The notes under the pieces: generated by a model
The model's input: the letters and a program-made list of their open reading frames with translations, nothing else
Told to the model about the DNA's origin: nothing
The model's database searches: none
From: Camelus dromedarius
Lineage: Eukaryota
Direction of reading: 5' to 3'
DNA: 64,000 nt
NCBI RefSeq assembly: GCF_036321535.1
Contig: NC_087437.1
Span: 40,798,001-40,862,000 of the forward strand
Program-made: the position numbers and the translations under genes
In this document: positions 13,201-26,698 of the stretch, piece after piece
How the letters are laid out: the number at the start of each line of letters is the position of its first letter
Numbering within the stretch: the first letter of the stretch is position 1

Positions 13201-16200
13201 CATCAGATAAGGTAGGAAGTGCACAGATCGGAAGGGCTTGAGGGTGTATGATCCCACGCTGTCCTGCTGTTCTTGGGCGAGGCAAGTTGTGCGACTAAGA
13301 AAAGGGATTGGCATTCCCAAATGCTTTGGATGCTGCCTTCTTTCCTCAAGTCCAACACCCACAAACATCAGGAGAAGCTTCTTTGGAGACCAAACTGGTC
13401 ACCACACAGCATATGCAGCTAAAGTAGCAATTTAAATGGAAAAGGAATTAATTACCATCTAATTTGCCTAGCCTGTTGTTTGTGCACGTGGCCAAAAGTT
13501 CAGAGCAGAGCTCCTTAACTGATAACTGGCAATGCCTTCCCCCTTGCTCTGGAAGAAAGTGAGTCCAATCAGTGGTGCTTTACTAAACCATAGCCACTCA
13601 AGCCAACAGCAACAAGGGAAGGGGCCAGGGCATTTCTCACCCTCTATCTTCCAGCCCCAGGCTCCTACCCGGTGAAGATGTCCAGACTTAACCTGCCGTC
13701 TGTGTGCAAATTATATTTATTTATGAGGCTGAATTTATACTTCAACTAAACATCAATTTATCAAGTATCTTGGTATGAAAAGGAAATATTTTTACTGCGT
13801 ATATATAAAGATTCTGAAACCCAGTTGCACTCCATGGAATGTACTAATTATAATCAAAGCCATTCGTAATGAAGAGAAACAAAATGAATAAACACAAGTC
13901 TGTCCAATGTTGGAGCCTCAGGAGGAACTTCATTGCTATTACTGACGGACACTATTGTAATGTTGAAGCCAAAAGTAGCAGATGTCTGCAGAGAGAAATA
14001 AGGGACTTGGAAGTGCAGTGTTGATGAGCTGGCATCTCATCTCCCTGCTAAATTAGATCTGGGCCTTCTCTTCCTAAAGAGCTTAGGTCTTGACTTGGCT
14101 TCGGAAAAGACAGCTGTCAACAGGGTGGCCACTGGTAGATAGTGGGGCCAACTGACCTCAATTTAGTGAATCTAGTTTCTTCATGTTTTCCCAAGAAACT
14201 CTTCAGTTTCAGAGTGAAATGTGGAAATGCCTGGCTATCAGCTGGATACCAAACTTATAGAAAACAAATACCACTTGGAGCAACATGGTGGCCCAAACCA
14301 GATCCACTGTGGGGCACTTCCAAACAGTGGGTCTAAGCCGGAGAGAATTTTGAGGATTTCTTGGGGGAAGTGGCTGAGCCTAGATCATGTGGGTGGTTGA
14401 TGGAGGCAGAGAGCCTCACCCTTACAGTTTTCCTAGAACTAGGCTGGTTGCCAGGGTTGCACCACAGCACAAAAATCCGAACGATGCCAATCCGCTCTCC
14501 CAGGACCGGTATTGGACTAAGTACTCCCAATTTAGGGCTCAATCGAGGCTCGAAAAATGATGGGGCAAGAATGGGCTTTGTTGTAGGATGTGGTCCATCC
14601 TAGAATGTGGGGATGTTGTCAGGGAGATGGAGTTCATTTTGCAGTTAAGACCACCCTGTGCTATGCTTGAAAATTGCTAGATGCCATTCTCTCCACTTAT
14701 TTCACAATTACTCTGCATCGTATTACCAGCCAGTGCTTCCTCCTTTCCACGTTTATTCATGAATGAAATTTTTCCCACAGTAGATTCCAAGGACCAGCTT
14801 CATTAGAAAAAAATATAATCAGAAGAAAGTATAGTAGTCACGGAATGACACCTGGATGTGCATTCCCTGCCCATGGCCCTGTGATGGGGCCCCCGTCTCT
14901 CCTTCCCACCCTGTTGGAACGAAGGAAGTGCACCTTCCCAAGACCTGTGAGACGTTATTGGGGACCGCCACGTGAGCTTCTCCTTTCAGAGACACCTGGC
15001 CACGTTTTAGAGGCCACACTGTGCTGAGACCACATCCTGGCCTCCTCTCAGCCCTGCAACACCACCCTGGAGTGGAGGGGTCTGGGGGACCACAACCCGC
15101 TCTGTGCCCAGCTGATTTGGTGCAGGCGCTTTGCTCCTGAGGACTTGTTCATTGAAGAATCACTGTGTCATCACTGCACCTAGGGATTTCCTATATCAGA
15201 CTAACAACTTTGATGTCTTCCCCCCTTTTCTGATGATACATTGACTAAGGCAAGCCATCTGAAGCTCTGATGTTGCTTCCCCCCCAGGCTGAGGGACTTT
15301 GTTGTCACCAGTAGGCCTGTGCCTCAGATCCTGTGACTTAGTTTTGGCCAGGGGTAGGGCACCCAGGCTGGTGGGAGCCAGGCTGCACTGGGATGTGGGA
15401 CTTCAGGGCAGCCACACAGCACCCGCAGGTTCCCCCGGGACCCCTCAGCCTCAGTGCTTAGACATGACTTTGAGTGCAGAGCAGGAATTGGGCCACAGGA
15501 GGGCAGAGGTCTCTTCTAAGTTCTCATCATATTTGCATTAGCTTGTCTAAACAGAAGCAGAAAGTTGCTTCTGTACTTTACAAATGAGTCAAAGAAGACT
15601 GAACAAAGGAGCCATGATCTCAAAGGGTGAGAGTGGAGGGCAGGCGTTGGGGTCTGTGCTTTAGCTTTTAGGAAACTGTAGCTTCACTCCCCATCATGGG
15701 AGATTGAAGACGGCACAGGGCTCAACTCACAGCAAGTAGGTCAAGAAGGTCAGAGCTGAGGAGGGCAGTACTTCCAGCGGTGCCCTCCTCACTGTGGGGC
15801 AGGCTGAGACAATGGAAGAGTGCATGGCTGACTCAGCGGGAACCCCTGCCCAGGGCCAAGCTGGCAGAGCCCTTGGCCTGCCCCAGTCACTGCCTTCAGA
15901 AGGTTCTGGCAGAACTCTGGTGAGAAACAAGGGCCACACGGAGGGTGTTGCCCTCTCAGGAGGCTGGAGAGATTGACGCACAGCCATCTTGGTGAGGCTG
16001 TGGTTTGGTTGGAACTCACACAGCCTGGTGGGGTGCAGTTGCTCAGAGAGGGTTTACGCTGTAAGGTTTGAAGTGAGGCGACCTGATGTCCAAGGAGCAT
16101 GGGTGACGTATGTGGAGATGTTTCCTTGGCTTGGATGTGGTCTGCTGTGTTTGAAGACCCTTCTGCAGAGGTTGTGGCAGCAGCTTGGCAACATCCTGCC

Positions 16201-16529
16201 CCTCCCTGACCCCTGGCAACAGGCTCTTGGCAGACCAGCCCTAGTTAGAGCCACTGCTGCACTCCAGTCATGCCCAGGCCGTGAGGGACCCCGACTCCAA
16301 GTCCGCCATCAGCTCTCGCAGGACTTGGCCCACCCCATCCCCCACCTCCCACTCTCCTCCCTGCCTTCCTTTCCCTCTCCCCTGTTGTCTTCTCCCACCA
16401 CCTAATTCCATTCGATCCCCTTCTTCTGTTTTCAGTTTTTTCCCTCCTCTTCTGAATTTTTCTCTTTCCAGGCTCTAAGAAATGTTTTGGAGAACTTTTA
16501 TGTATGTACAGGTCAAAAATAAGGAGGCC

Positions 16530-16946
16530 TGAAGACATTTAGATGGCCAACAGACACGTGAAAAGATGCTCAACATCACTAACCATCAGGGAAAAGCAAG
16601 TCAAAGCCACAATGAGATATCCCCTCACACCTGACAGAATGGCTATCATCAGAAAGACCACAAATAGCAAGTGTTAGGCTATGGAGAAAAGGGAATGCTT
16701 CTGCACTTTTGGTAAGATAGTAAATTGGTGCAGCCACTATGAAAAAACATTTGGAGGGTCCTAAAAAAATGAAAAATAGAACTACCACATGATCCAGCAA
16801 TTTCACTTCTGAATATGTACCGAAAGAAAACAAAAACATGAACTCAAAAAGGTGTATGCACCTGGACGTTCACTGCAGCATTATTTGCAATAGCCATGAT
16901 ATGGAAGCAAAGTGCCCATCAACAGACGAATGGATAAAGAAGATGT

Positions 16947-16984
<38 letters not shown>

Positions 16985-17495
16985 GAATGTCATATAGATA
17001 TAGATATAGATATAAAATGAAATATTACTCAGCCATAAAAAATGAAATATTGCCATTTGTGACAACATGGATGGACCTAGAGGGTATCATGCTAAGTAAG
17101 ATAAGTCAGACAGTGAAAGACAAATACTGTATGTTGTCACTTATATTTGGAATCTGAAAAAATACAACAAACCAAACAAAAAGAAAACAGACTATAGATA
17201 CAAAGAACAAACTGGTGGTTACTAGAGGGGAGTGGTGCAAAGAGGTTGGGTGAAATAGGTGAGGGGAATTTAAAAGTACAAACCTTCAGTTACATGATAA
17301 ATAAGTCACGAGGATGTAATATACAGCATAAGAAATAGGGTCAATAATATTGTAATGACTTTATATGGGGACAGATGGTTGTGAGACTAATCACAGTGAT
17401 CATTTCATAACATATGCCAATGTCAAATCATTAGGTAGTACACCTGAAGCTAATGTAATATTGGAAGTCTATATTTCAAGCAACAGAAAAAGAAA
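16530..17495 (+). mobile_element. 5'-truncated LINE-1 (ORF2 end plus 3'UTR) with internal (TA)13
   Basis: agatggccaacagacacgtgaaaagatgctcaacatcact...acaacatggatggacctagagggtatcatgctaag...A-rich end. Confidence 0.93.
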
Positions 17496-17554
17496 CACTT
17501 GAAAAAGACACAGGAACTGTATCACAGAAATGCCTATCTCCACCTTCCCAGATT

Positions 17555-17750
17555 TTTAAAACCTTATACACTGAAAATTTTCAGATATATACAAAAGTAG
17601 AGAGAATAGTGTGATACACCCCCATAGACCCATCACTTAACTTCAACAATTGGCAACTCACGGCCAGTGCTGTTCATCTCCACCCCACCTACCACATGCC
17701 CCTCCCAGATATTTGATTGAAACAAGTCTCATACATCACATTATTTCAGA
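17555..17750 (-). mobile_element. L1MC-like 3' end
   Basis: aaaattttcagatatatacaaaagtagagagaatagtgtgatacacccccatagacccatcac. Confidence 0.7.
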
Positions 17751-18029
17751 GGTTTTAGAGACGACTTTTTCAGATGACTGAAAATTATCCTTCACTTTTC
17801 AGAGGTCAGGAAGTTCAAATGAAGAAAGAAAAATGAAAACTTTAGGTAAAATTACTACTGTGATTAAAGTAAATTGTTTTCAACTTGTTATATGCCCTGA
17901 CCACCCTACCCTTCTAAAAAAAAAAAAAAGGAATCAGGAGCCCTGGCCCCAGGAGCAGCTCTGCCCTCCAGCCAGCTGTGCCCCCTTGGATAAGCTACTG
18001 GCTTCCAGGTTGCCACATGGCCTATATGT

Positions 18030-18530
18030 TTATTTAAGTTTTTAAATACATATTAATATGGTTCAAAAACTTTAAAATTTTGCATTGAAAATTCTGCGTC
18101 TCATCTCCAGCCATGCAGTTCCCTCTCTCCAGGCAAACAAGGCCATAGCATTACCTCCCAGAAAGATAAGCAAATACACACATACGCAGTGGATTAGTGC
18201 TCCTTCCTCCTTTTCTGTGCAAATAGGAACATGCTGGGCACATAGTTCAGCACCTGGTGTTCTTCATTTAACCTGTTTCAGGGACCTATGCACACCAGCA
18301 CATGGACAGCTGCCTCATCCTCTCTACCAGGGGTTTAGTATTCCACTGAACAGCTGGTCCTCTCCTGGTGGACACTGATGCTGTTTCGGTCCTCCCTGTG
18401 CGGCATGCTGCAGTGAATAACCTTGCTTGTACATCCTTGTGCCTGGGTGAGAGCAGATTTGTGATATGAAGTCCATGAAGTGGAATTCCTGGGTCAGACA
18501 GAGAGCAGACAAGCACAGCCCAGTGAGATG
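18030..18530 (-). mobile_element. Decayed L1ME-like fragment
   Basis: tctcctggtggacactgatgctgtttc...gctgcagtgaataaccttg...gtggaattcctgggtcaga. Confidence 0.6.
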
Positions 18531-18576
18531 TGTGACCTCGGAGAAGGCACTTGTACTTCTGAGCCTCAGGGGTTTT

Positions 18577-18600
18577 TTGTTGTTGTTGTTGTTGTTGTTG
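18577..18600. repeat. (TTG)8 microsatellite
   Basis: Direct reading. Confidence 0.95.
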
Positions 18601-19939
18601 CTTTTTTGTGTGAAATAGGAGGGCTGGCCTATGTGACTTGCAGGTCTTTTCCACCTTGGGAGTCCTGGGATTCAGAACCTCCTGCCTGGGAGGAGTTTGA
18701 CAAGGAAGCCTGCTGTGGCCCTTGTGATCTGCCCACAGACAGAGTGTCCCTGGGTCCAGGCCACCACAGCTAGCTGGGAGCCAGAATTCATTCTGTGCAC
18801 AGCCAACAGAACAGAACTTGAAGAGACAAGTCCCAGGGCCGGGACTGACCTCATTTGTACTCAAGTGGCATCTCTTGTCTGTTTTGACTTCTTTAAAGGT
18901 AGCTGCTTTGTAGGCTCTCTGGAAATTAGAGGGGGCTTGGAGACATTTTTGCCTTAGTTAATAGAACTGAGGGAAATGAAAGGGATAAATATACTTAAGA
19001 TGAACAGAGTGAAGAATTAACCAGGATGCTGGAGTGTAAGAGGGCATTAATGAGATATTTAGCAAAAGATTATTCAACAGTGCAATCAACCAACCAATGC
19101 ATATTTTGTTGGTACATTGACGAGAAACAAGCCTGTCTGATGGCTTCGCTCTCACTGAATATTGAAATTGTGTGCTTGCTAGCCTAAGTCTTAGGATAGC
19201 CACAGCCAAGGTATGGACTTTCTGCATGTGCTCTGATGTTATCACCAATCAGAATCAATGTTTGACTTGCAAGATGCCAGAGGATCACTCAAGCAAGCCT
19301 CTTGCTTGTGCACACCTAGATGAGGAAATGGAAATGGAAACCAGAAATGGAGAAATGCACCAGGGCTGTGGCAAGTGAAAGGGAAAGGGCCCTGGATGCA
19401 GACGCAGGCACTCGGCGGGGTGGTGAGTGGGTGGGGCAGTGGAATGTCCGTTATGGCAGGTAGAGCAAAGCATCTGAAGGCACTGCGACAGGTTTTACTT
19501 CCCATGAGCACAGCCGGCATGCATGAGGGGCCCAGTGGTACACAGAAAGTGGAGTGGTTAGTTGGGGAGCAGATGGAACTCAGAGATCCAGGTGAAAAGC
19601 CTTAGGGAGGAGGACAAAGGGAGGAGGATTAGTAGGGGCTCCCATCTTGGATGGCCTGTGTGTCCCTGGGCAGGTTGCTGACTTAGGCTCAAGGGCAGGA
19701 AAAAGGCAAGTCCTCAGACTCCAAGAGCGAGGCATTCCATGGGGACAGGGAGCTGGGCAGCTGTCAGAAGTGGGACCCTAGCAAGAGTGATTTGATTTTG
19801 AGCAGTAGCTCCTTCTATCACCCTGTCTCGGTTCCTGGTAGCTCTAGAGGCTTGGAGAAGGAAGCCTGTAGATGGGAACACTGCAGCCCAGCGCACGGAG
19901 AAGGGAGTGAGGAACCAGGAGCTTGTGATTACCTCCTAA

Positions 19940-20920
19940 ACAAAGTCCCCTCAAATCCTTCTCTCTTCCTCTTGCAGACCACCTCTGCCCTTGTGCAGAC
20001 TCCCAAGTCCCTCTCTAGGACTAATGCAATAGCTTACTTGGTCTCACCTTCCCCCATCATTTCCTCCCTCAACCTGTTCTCTACCTGGCAGCCAGATCTG
20101 AGCACATCCTTCCTCTGCCTAAAACGCTCAATGGCTCCTCATGCCCCACCCCTCAGGCCTTAGTGATGGTGTCTCCCTTTTTTGCAGCCTTACCTTGAAC
20201 ACCTTGGTGCTGTAGGAGTACTAAGCACACCATAGCATTTCTAGCCTCTGAATTTGTGTTTGCATCATTACCTTTGCTTAGAACTTCCCTCTACGTCTTA
20301 TTTATCTGGATGATGCTTATTTTCAAAACTTGGTTTTGGCTTTGTCTCCTTCAGAAAGGCTCCCTCTTTCCCAAGAGTGGTCTGGTCCCCATAATCCCTC
20401 TATTGCAAGGGTTCTCAACTTTGGCTATATGTCCAAGTGGAGAATTTTTAAAACTGCTGATGGCTTACTCCAGACTTATTAAATCAGTAAGTCTATCTTA
20501 CACATGCTGATACGTTTAGCTAGGATCATAATGCCTGCATCTTATTTCCCAGGGTTCAGGAAAAATATGTATGTGTGCATATTTCTCTTTCTCTCTCTCT
20601 ACCTAAATGTCAATATGTTTATAAATAAGTGTTTATAATACCATTATTCTACCTTTTTGGTGTTTGAAATTTTTCAGAGTAAAAAATTGAGAAAAAATTA
20701 CTAATTCCATCCCGATTGGCCAGGCCATCTGTCTTTTTACAAGCTCCTGAGTGGTGCTCCTGCCCAGAGCTGTTGAGGACCATGGCATTCATCATTTGCC
20801 ACATTATTCGACAGTCTCTTTGTTGTGACTCTGGCTCCTCGAGACGATGGCTAGATCTTTGAGATTCTGTCTTTGCAAGCGCCTGGCATGTAGTAAGTAT
20901 TTAACATACTAGTTGTATGT
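19940..20920 (+). mobile_element. LINE-2 interrupted by a MER5-like element, itself interrupted by an L1M 3' end
   Basis: L2 body 19940-20400; MER5 halves ~20406-20495 and ~20718-20785; L1M 3' tail ~20495-20700; L2 end gcctggcatgtagtaagtatttaacat. Confidence 0.6.
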
Positions 20921-21039
20921 AACTGTTATGTCCAAGGCAGATAAGTGATTATAATATTTATTATTCACTCAATCAATCTTTCATCACTTATTGAGTACCT
21001 GCTGTTTCATGCATGTCTGAACCACAGTGGGTCATATGA

Positions 21040-21241
21040 TGCTCTCAGCACTGTTGACATTTGACCAGATAATCCTTTGCTGAGGAAGGCTGTCCTGTGC
21101 ATTGAAGGATGCTGCTAAGCATCCTTGACATTTACCCACCAGATGCCAGTGACACCCCCGCCAAGTTATAACAGTCAAAAATGTCTCCAGTCATTGCCAA
21201 ATGTCCCAGGGGGCAAAATCACCTCCAGTTGAGAAGCACTG
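21040..21241 (-). mobile_element. MER20, near full length
   Basis: gctgtcctgtgcattgaaggatg...aaaatgtctccagtcattgccaaatgtcccagggggcaaaatcacctccagttgagaagcactg. Confidence 0.92.
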
Positions 21242-21519
21242 ATCTTCAAGACAGTTTGCCTTTAAGAAACTTTAAGTGTCATGAAGGAAATGGACAAACA
21301 CATGCAGTGAAAGACAAGGTGTGTGAGGGACTGAGATGCATCGCAGACTGCTATGGAGCACAGGAAGAGGGAAAATGAGTTCCATCTGGAGGCCTCTGGG
21401 AAAACACTGTGAAAGAACTGGGTCTGGATTTTGATGCCTTATAGGAGGGGAGCTCCTTCAGTGTAGTTTCCTTCCTTAAGCTTCTGCCACCTTACATGTC
21501 TACAGTCTGTGGTCACCTG

Positions 21520-21870
21520 TGCCGTCCTCTGGTCCTCGTTACAATCCCATAACGTAGACAGAACAGACATTAGCTCTATTTTATGGATAAAGAAGTGGAG
21601 TTTAAGCTGCTTTATATAACTTGAGAGGCAATAAATAGTCCACAGCACAGAACTTCGAGCCAGCCTCCCTGGGTTCTGTCTTACTTCATCACTTTCCATC
21701 CGTGAGCTCTGGGCTTGTTTCTTTATCTCTTCACGCCTCAGTGTCCTCATGTGGAAAATGGAACTAATAATAGCTCCCATCTCATAGGGTTGTTGTGAGA
21801 CATGGACACGTGTGAGAACGATGCCTGAACTATTAAAAATCCTATAGAGACATTTGCTGCTATTATTGTT
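21520..21870. mobile_element. Two adjacent MIR SINEs in opposite orientation
   Basis: Minus-strand core ctctattttatggataaagaagtggag; plus-strand core cctcagtgtcctcatgtggaaaatgg...ctcatagggttgttgtgag. Confidence 0.7.
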
Positions 21871-22054
21871 ATCATCAAGGCCATGCAGCAACTTGATGAC
21901 TGACGTGAAAATAATTTGGATCTGCAGTTTCTTAGTCCAGTGTTTCCTCCATCTCAAAGTCTTCTTGCTATTTGAGGAAAAAGGATCATTAATGGGTCAA
22001 ACACCACTGCTGCGGAAAGCAGATCCCAATCACCATCCTCTATTTAAACTTCAC

Positions 22055-22363
22055 CGCCCAGTAGGAATATCATGCAAGCCACATATGTAGCAGTAGATTT
22101 TCTAGCAACCACATTTAAAAAAAAGTAAAAAGAAACAGGTGGAATTAATTTCGATAATATATTTTATTTAGCCGAGTATAGCCAAAATATTAGCATTTTA
22201 ATACTTAATTAATACAAAACTATTAATGAGATATTTACACTTTTTCACACTAAGTCTTAGAAGTCCAGGCTGTGCGCATGTGGCACATCTAACGTGGGCT
22301 AGGCACATTTCAAGTGTTCCATAGCCACACATGGCTTGTGGCTACTGTACTGATCAGTACAGG
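22055..22363. mobile_element. MER33-like hAT element
   Basis: ttttctagcaaccacatttaaaaaaaagtaaaaagaaacaggtggaattaattt...cacatttcaagtgttccatagccacacatggcttgtggctac. Confidence 0.85.
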
Positions 22364-23049
22364 TATTCTAAATACAGTAAAGGGCATTTTTTTTTTTTTG
22401 GTGGCTGGACACATATTATTTCAGACTGCGCAGAGATGGTAAATCAGAGCAAATAGCAAAAGTCTTCTTGAGTTTTATTTGCAGGACACTGAATTCTCTC
22501 CTTGGTTGTTCCTATCCCAACTTCATCAAAAACAGCCAATTATATATTTCAAAAACTAGGTGCTCAGTAATTAACCTTTTCACTCTTCGTTTAACTTGAG
22601 TACAGCTTTCAATAAATCATGCCAAGGCAACACCAGACGCTATCCTTGAAGCAACTCTCGAGCACATACAACCTTGGAGGCCCCAAGCTCCCAGCCAGAT
22701 GAAGCCCCACTGTAATCAGGCTGCCACACCCTCTCTCTCCAGGGCAAACACAGAACTGCTTTCCCTGTCTCTGCTGGGAGTTACCTCATATCACCTCCCA
22801 GTGCCTCTTGAGCAAGCTGCCATCACTTGTCCTCTGCCGTCCCTGGCTGGGGGGATGAAATGGAGGCTGAGAACAATTAGTGACTTGCCCTGTCTGAGGC
22901 CAGGCAGCAGTTTGTCGCCACTGATGGAACTCAAGCTGTCAGGCCCCTTGGTGGCCTCTTTAAAATACTCTGCAGTGCAATCATTGCACCATCCCAGCAT
23001 TTTTGTAAAAGCAGTGTCTGGGATCATAGGAGCTACATTCTCACTATGC

Positions 23050-23240
23050 ATGGCACTTTACTCAATTGATTTAAACTTCACAGCCACCCTCTGAGACTGC
23101 CATTCATATTATCCCACTTTACAGATGAGGAAACTGAGGCACAGAGCACTACATGGCTTTCCTACGGTCACAGATTTAAGAGGCAGAATCAAATCCAGAC
23201 AGAACCTGAGTTCCTTGCCGCACCATGGTGCCCCTTTTGA
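23050..23240 (-). mobile_element. MIR SINE
   Basis: attatcccactttacagatgaggaaactgaggcacagag core. Confidence 0.85.
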
Positions 23241-24204
23241 CTAGGTTTGGCCCACCAACATCTTCTTCTCAGTAGGTAATGTAGGCTTGTACTCTGTCCT
23301 CAGTACCTGGAAAGGGGCATGACACTAGGTGCTCAGGAAATATCCATTGATTGACTGACTGTCAACCTGTTTGTCACTGGTGATGTCCAGTGGGGTTGGG
23401 GCAGAGGCTGATGCGCCAGGATTTCTGCACGCAAGAGAATGTGCACGGTCCCAGCCTTCATGGTCGGATGCAGAGAGGAGAGCCTGGCACCAGCTACCCA
23501 TCCATGGGCCTTCCAAATCCAACCTGGATGTAGCAGGTTCCCGTTTCCCTTCCTCTTCCTACCCCAGGCACTAACTCAGACTGCCTGATTCCAGGCTCCA
23601 TTTTGTTTCCACACTGGCTGATGGCTGCAGGCTTGTCCTGAGAGAAATTATTCTCTGCTCCCTTTCCACTCACCCTCCAACACCTCATTTTCTGCATCTG
23701 AATAACTCCTGATTTTCCTTCATCTGAATAGCAGGCATAAAGACCAGTAGGGGCTTCCTTGAATGGGAGTGTCAGAAGGTGCAGCCTTGGGAGGGCCCCA
23801 GGGAAAGTCTGGGAACCTGAAGCCTGGTGGCTTTGCCTCCCCTCCATGTACATGCGGGCTCAGGCCCGTCCCTCGGAGGTACACAGGCCCTTCCACACCA
23901 GGTCTGCAGCCTTCATATCCATGTATCCTGCTCTTGGTAGGACTAGGGGGTCCTGGGAGAAGACACCTTGAACTCTGTGGGGAGAAGCTGGGGAAGTGGG
24001 CAGTGAGTAGGGTTTTACACAGGACCAGCTCAACTAGCACTCAAGTTTTCCCCTTGAGTTTGGTATCTTCTGATTCTCAAATGAGGATGTTTCCATGATA
24101 CCACAGGGCAATGTTTGACCAATTTACCCTCTGTCTCTCTCCCTCTCACACACACACCCACACACACACCACCACCAGCACCGAGCTTCAGAGCTGAGGT
24201 CCTT

Positions 24205-25270
24205 GGGAATATTACTCAACCATAAGAAAGAAGGAAATCCTGCCATTTGTGACAACATTTATGGACCTTAAGGGCATTATGCTCAGTGAGTTAAGTCAGA
24301 TAGAGAAAGACAAATACTGCATGGTATCACTTATATGTAAAATCTGAAAAAAAAAAAAAAACAATAGAGAAAGAGAATAAAGTCAAACCCATAGAAACAG
24401 AGAGTAGAAAAGTGGTTGCCAGGGGCTGGGACTAGAAGAATTAGGCAGAGATTGGTAGAAGGGTACAAACTTTCAACTGTAAGTGAAACTGAACAGGACC
24501 CTGTAGGGCCCTCCCAGGTGCAAAAGACCCTCCATTTCCTCTGTTTCTTGTTTGTAGAAAGAAAAGCCTTTAGTCTCCTAGGCCTTCCCTGAGTTCCAAA
24601 GAGCAGGCTCAAGCAGTGAATAGGACAAGAGAGTCACAGGACTGCTAGTTCATCTGATGTGTATCTTTGAGTTGTTCTGCAAAAACTAAGACCCCTGCTC
24701 AGTGAGGATGGCTGACCACAAGCACATGGACCCCAGACTGGCTGGAACCAGAAGGCTGAGATTCTGGAAGCTTTACCCTGTTACCTCACCACCAACCAAT
24801 CAGAAGAAAGTCACATACCCTGCAACCTTCACCCTAACTTTTGCTTATAAAGTCGCTTCCCCAGAAACCGTCGAGACGCTCAGGTCTTTAGAGCACAAGC
24901 TGCCTGTTTTCCTTGCGTGGTCCTTGGAGTAAACCTTTCTCTGCTCCAAACTCTTATGGTTCAGCTCGTTTGGCCTCACTGTGCATCAGACACCTGAACT
25001 TGGGTTCAACAACATAAGATGAATGAGATCTGAGGATCTAATGTAAAATACGATAACTAGAGTTGATTGCACTGTGTTGGGAAACCGAAATTTGTGAAGA
25101 AAGTAGAACTTAAATGTCTTACAGAAAAAAAAAGGTAAATATATGAGATGATGGATGTGTTGCTTAACTGGACGGTGGGAATCCTTTCACTGTGTGTATG
25201 TATATTAAATCACCACAATGTACACTTTAAATATCTTATAATTGTATCAACTATACCTCAATAAGCTGGA
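24205..25270 (+). mobile_element. LINE-1 3' end (L1MA-like) split by a solo LTR
   Basis: ggaatattactcaaccataagaaagaaggaaatcctgccatttgtgacaaca...tgtatcaactatacctcaataagctggagaaaa. Confidence 0.9.
24484..25014 (+). mobile_element. 531-bp solo ERV LTR (probably ERV1 class)
   Basis: TG...CA termini; 4-bp TSD taag (24480-24483 and 25015-25018); ccaat box, tataaa and agtaaa polyA-like signal in the expected order. Confidence 0.85.
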
Positions 25271-25759
25271 GAAAAAGGGGCATGAGGACAAACCTGTCAG
25301 AGGACTGAATGTCACACTTCCAAACTTGATTAAACAAAGCCATCTGGAAACTGTCTCCCAGAGGCTGTTACTCTTTAACTCCCTCAAAAGCAGGGTTAGT
25401 GGTGCTAAAAGCAGAATGACGTTTAGCCACCTGAGTAACACCAGTCCTGAGGTGCAAAGGCCTTGACGGAAAAGCTAGCCTCTTATCCCAAGCCTCATAA
25501 GACTGGACGGGGTTTGTGGCACCTTCCGGGCTTTAAATTGTCAGGTGCCATTCACCCCTTCCAGGGACAGTCTTGTCAGTCAGGATGCAGACCTCAGACT
25601 GATCCTTCCCTCACCACTACCAAACAGTTCAGTCTTCCAAAGGGCTTCAGTGCTTTCATTCTCTGCCCACAGAGGCAACTGAAATCAGGAGACTCAGATA
25701 CATCCTGGACGAAGGAGACACGTGCAAGTCACCCTTAACAGGTTGTGGAAGCGGTTCAC

Positions 25760-26090
25760 TGGAGGTGGAGGTGGGCCTGGGCTGCCCAGGGAGCCAGGGT
25801 GAAGACCATGTATCACAGATGGGGAGGCACAGGCTGGGTTCCTGGAGAAAGTAACCCAGAGCCGAGTCTGGAAGGTTGGGTAGGAGTCAGCTAGGGCAGC
25901 CCGAGCGCAGCAGACAGCCGAGTGTGCCAATGTGGTCAGCATTGCTGGACGATCAGGCAGGACACACCTGCAGCCCCAGGAAGAAGCCATTCATAGAAAG
26001 CCTTGTGTGCTGTGATAGGGAACTGGAACTTTATCCTGCAGGCAGTGAAGCCCTGGTAGAGAGTTTTAACTAAGGCAGTAACCTGGACAA
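25760..26090 (-). mobile_element. LINE-2 fragment
   Basis: gggttcctggagaaagtaaccc...ggaactggaactttatcctgcaggcagtgaagccctggtagagagttttaac. Confidence 0.65.
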
Positions 26091-26094
26091 GTAA

Positions 26095-26345
26095 TAGTTA
26101 ATAGCTGACATTATTGAATGAATACTTTTTATATGTCAGGCATTTCCTAAGTACTTTGTATGTGATTAAGTCATTTAATCCTTAAAGTAGCTCTATACAG
26201 CACATACTAATATTATTCCCATTTCACAGATGAGGAAACTGAGGCATGGAGTGCCCCACCAGACAAAGCTCGAAGTTATGGAGCTGGGGTTTGAACCTGG
26301 GAAGTTTGGTTCCTGAGCCCACTCTCTTAGCCACTCTGCTATTGC
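26095..26345 (-). mobile_element. MIR SINE
   Basis: attattcccatttcacagatgaggaaactgaggca...ggagctggggtttgaacctgg. Confidence 0.88.
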
Positions 26346-26698
26346 TTCTAATTTTATAGCCATCTCTTTTCAAAAGGTGATTTATAATAAAACTACGTAT
26401 ACAGAGAATATGCAAATAAAAAAATTCAAAATGAAAGCAAGAACAGAAACATGGCAAAGCACGAAGAAGTTGATAGCAAGAATCCAGCATGGATAATCAC
26501 AGCACTTGAGCCCTAGCCTCCGCCTGCGCTTTCCAGCAAGGAAAGTGCAAAACGTGTCAGGATACAGCCCTTGTGCTCCTTGCTGGGTGAGGGGGAGCAT
26601 GCATATTTATCTGGAGAGACACACTGCTTCCTTGTACGGAATTCTAGAAGGAAATTTGATGTCTAATCCCTGATATTAAGTTCGATATAAGAGATTAA

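Noticed and set aside
14295..14320. CTCF-like motif ccactgtggggcac
   Set aside because: Mismatches at two core positions; cannot be supported without data
18286..18864. 192-aa ORF with polyQ
   Set aside because: The polyQ is the (TTG)8 microsatellite and the C-terminal part is decayed L1
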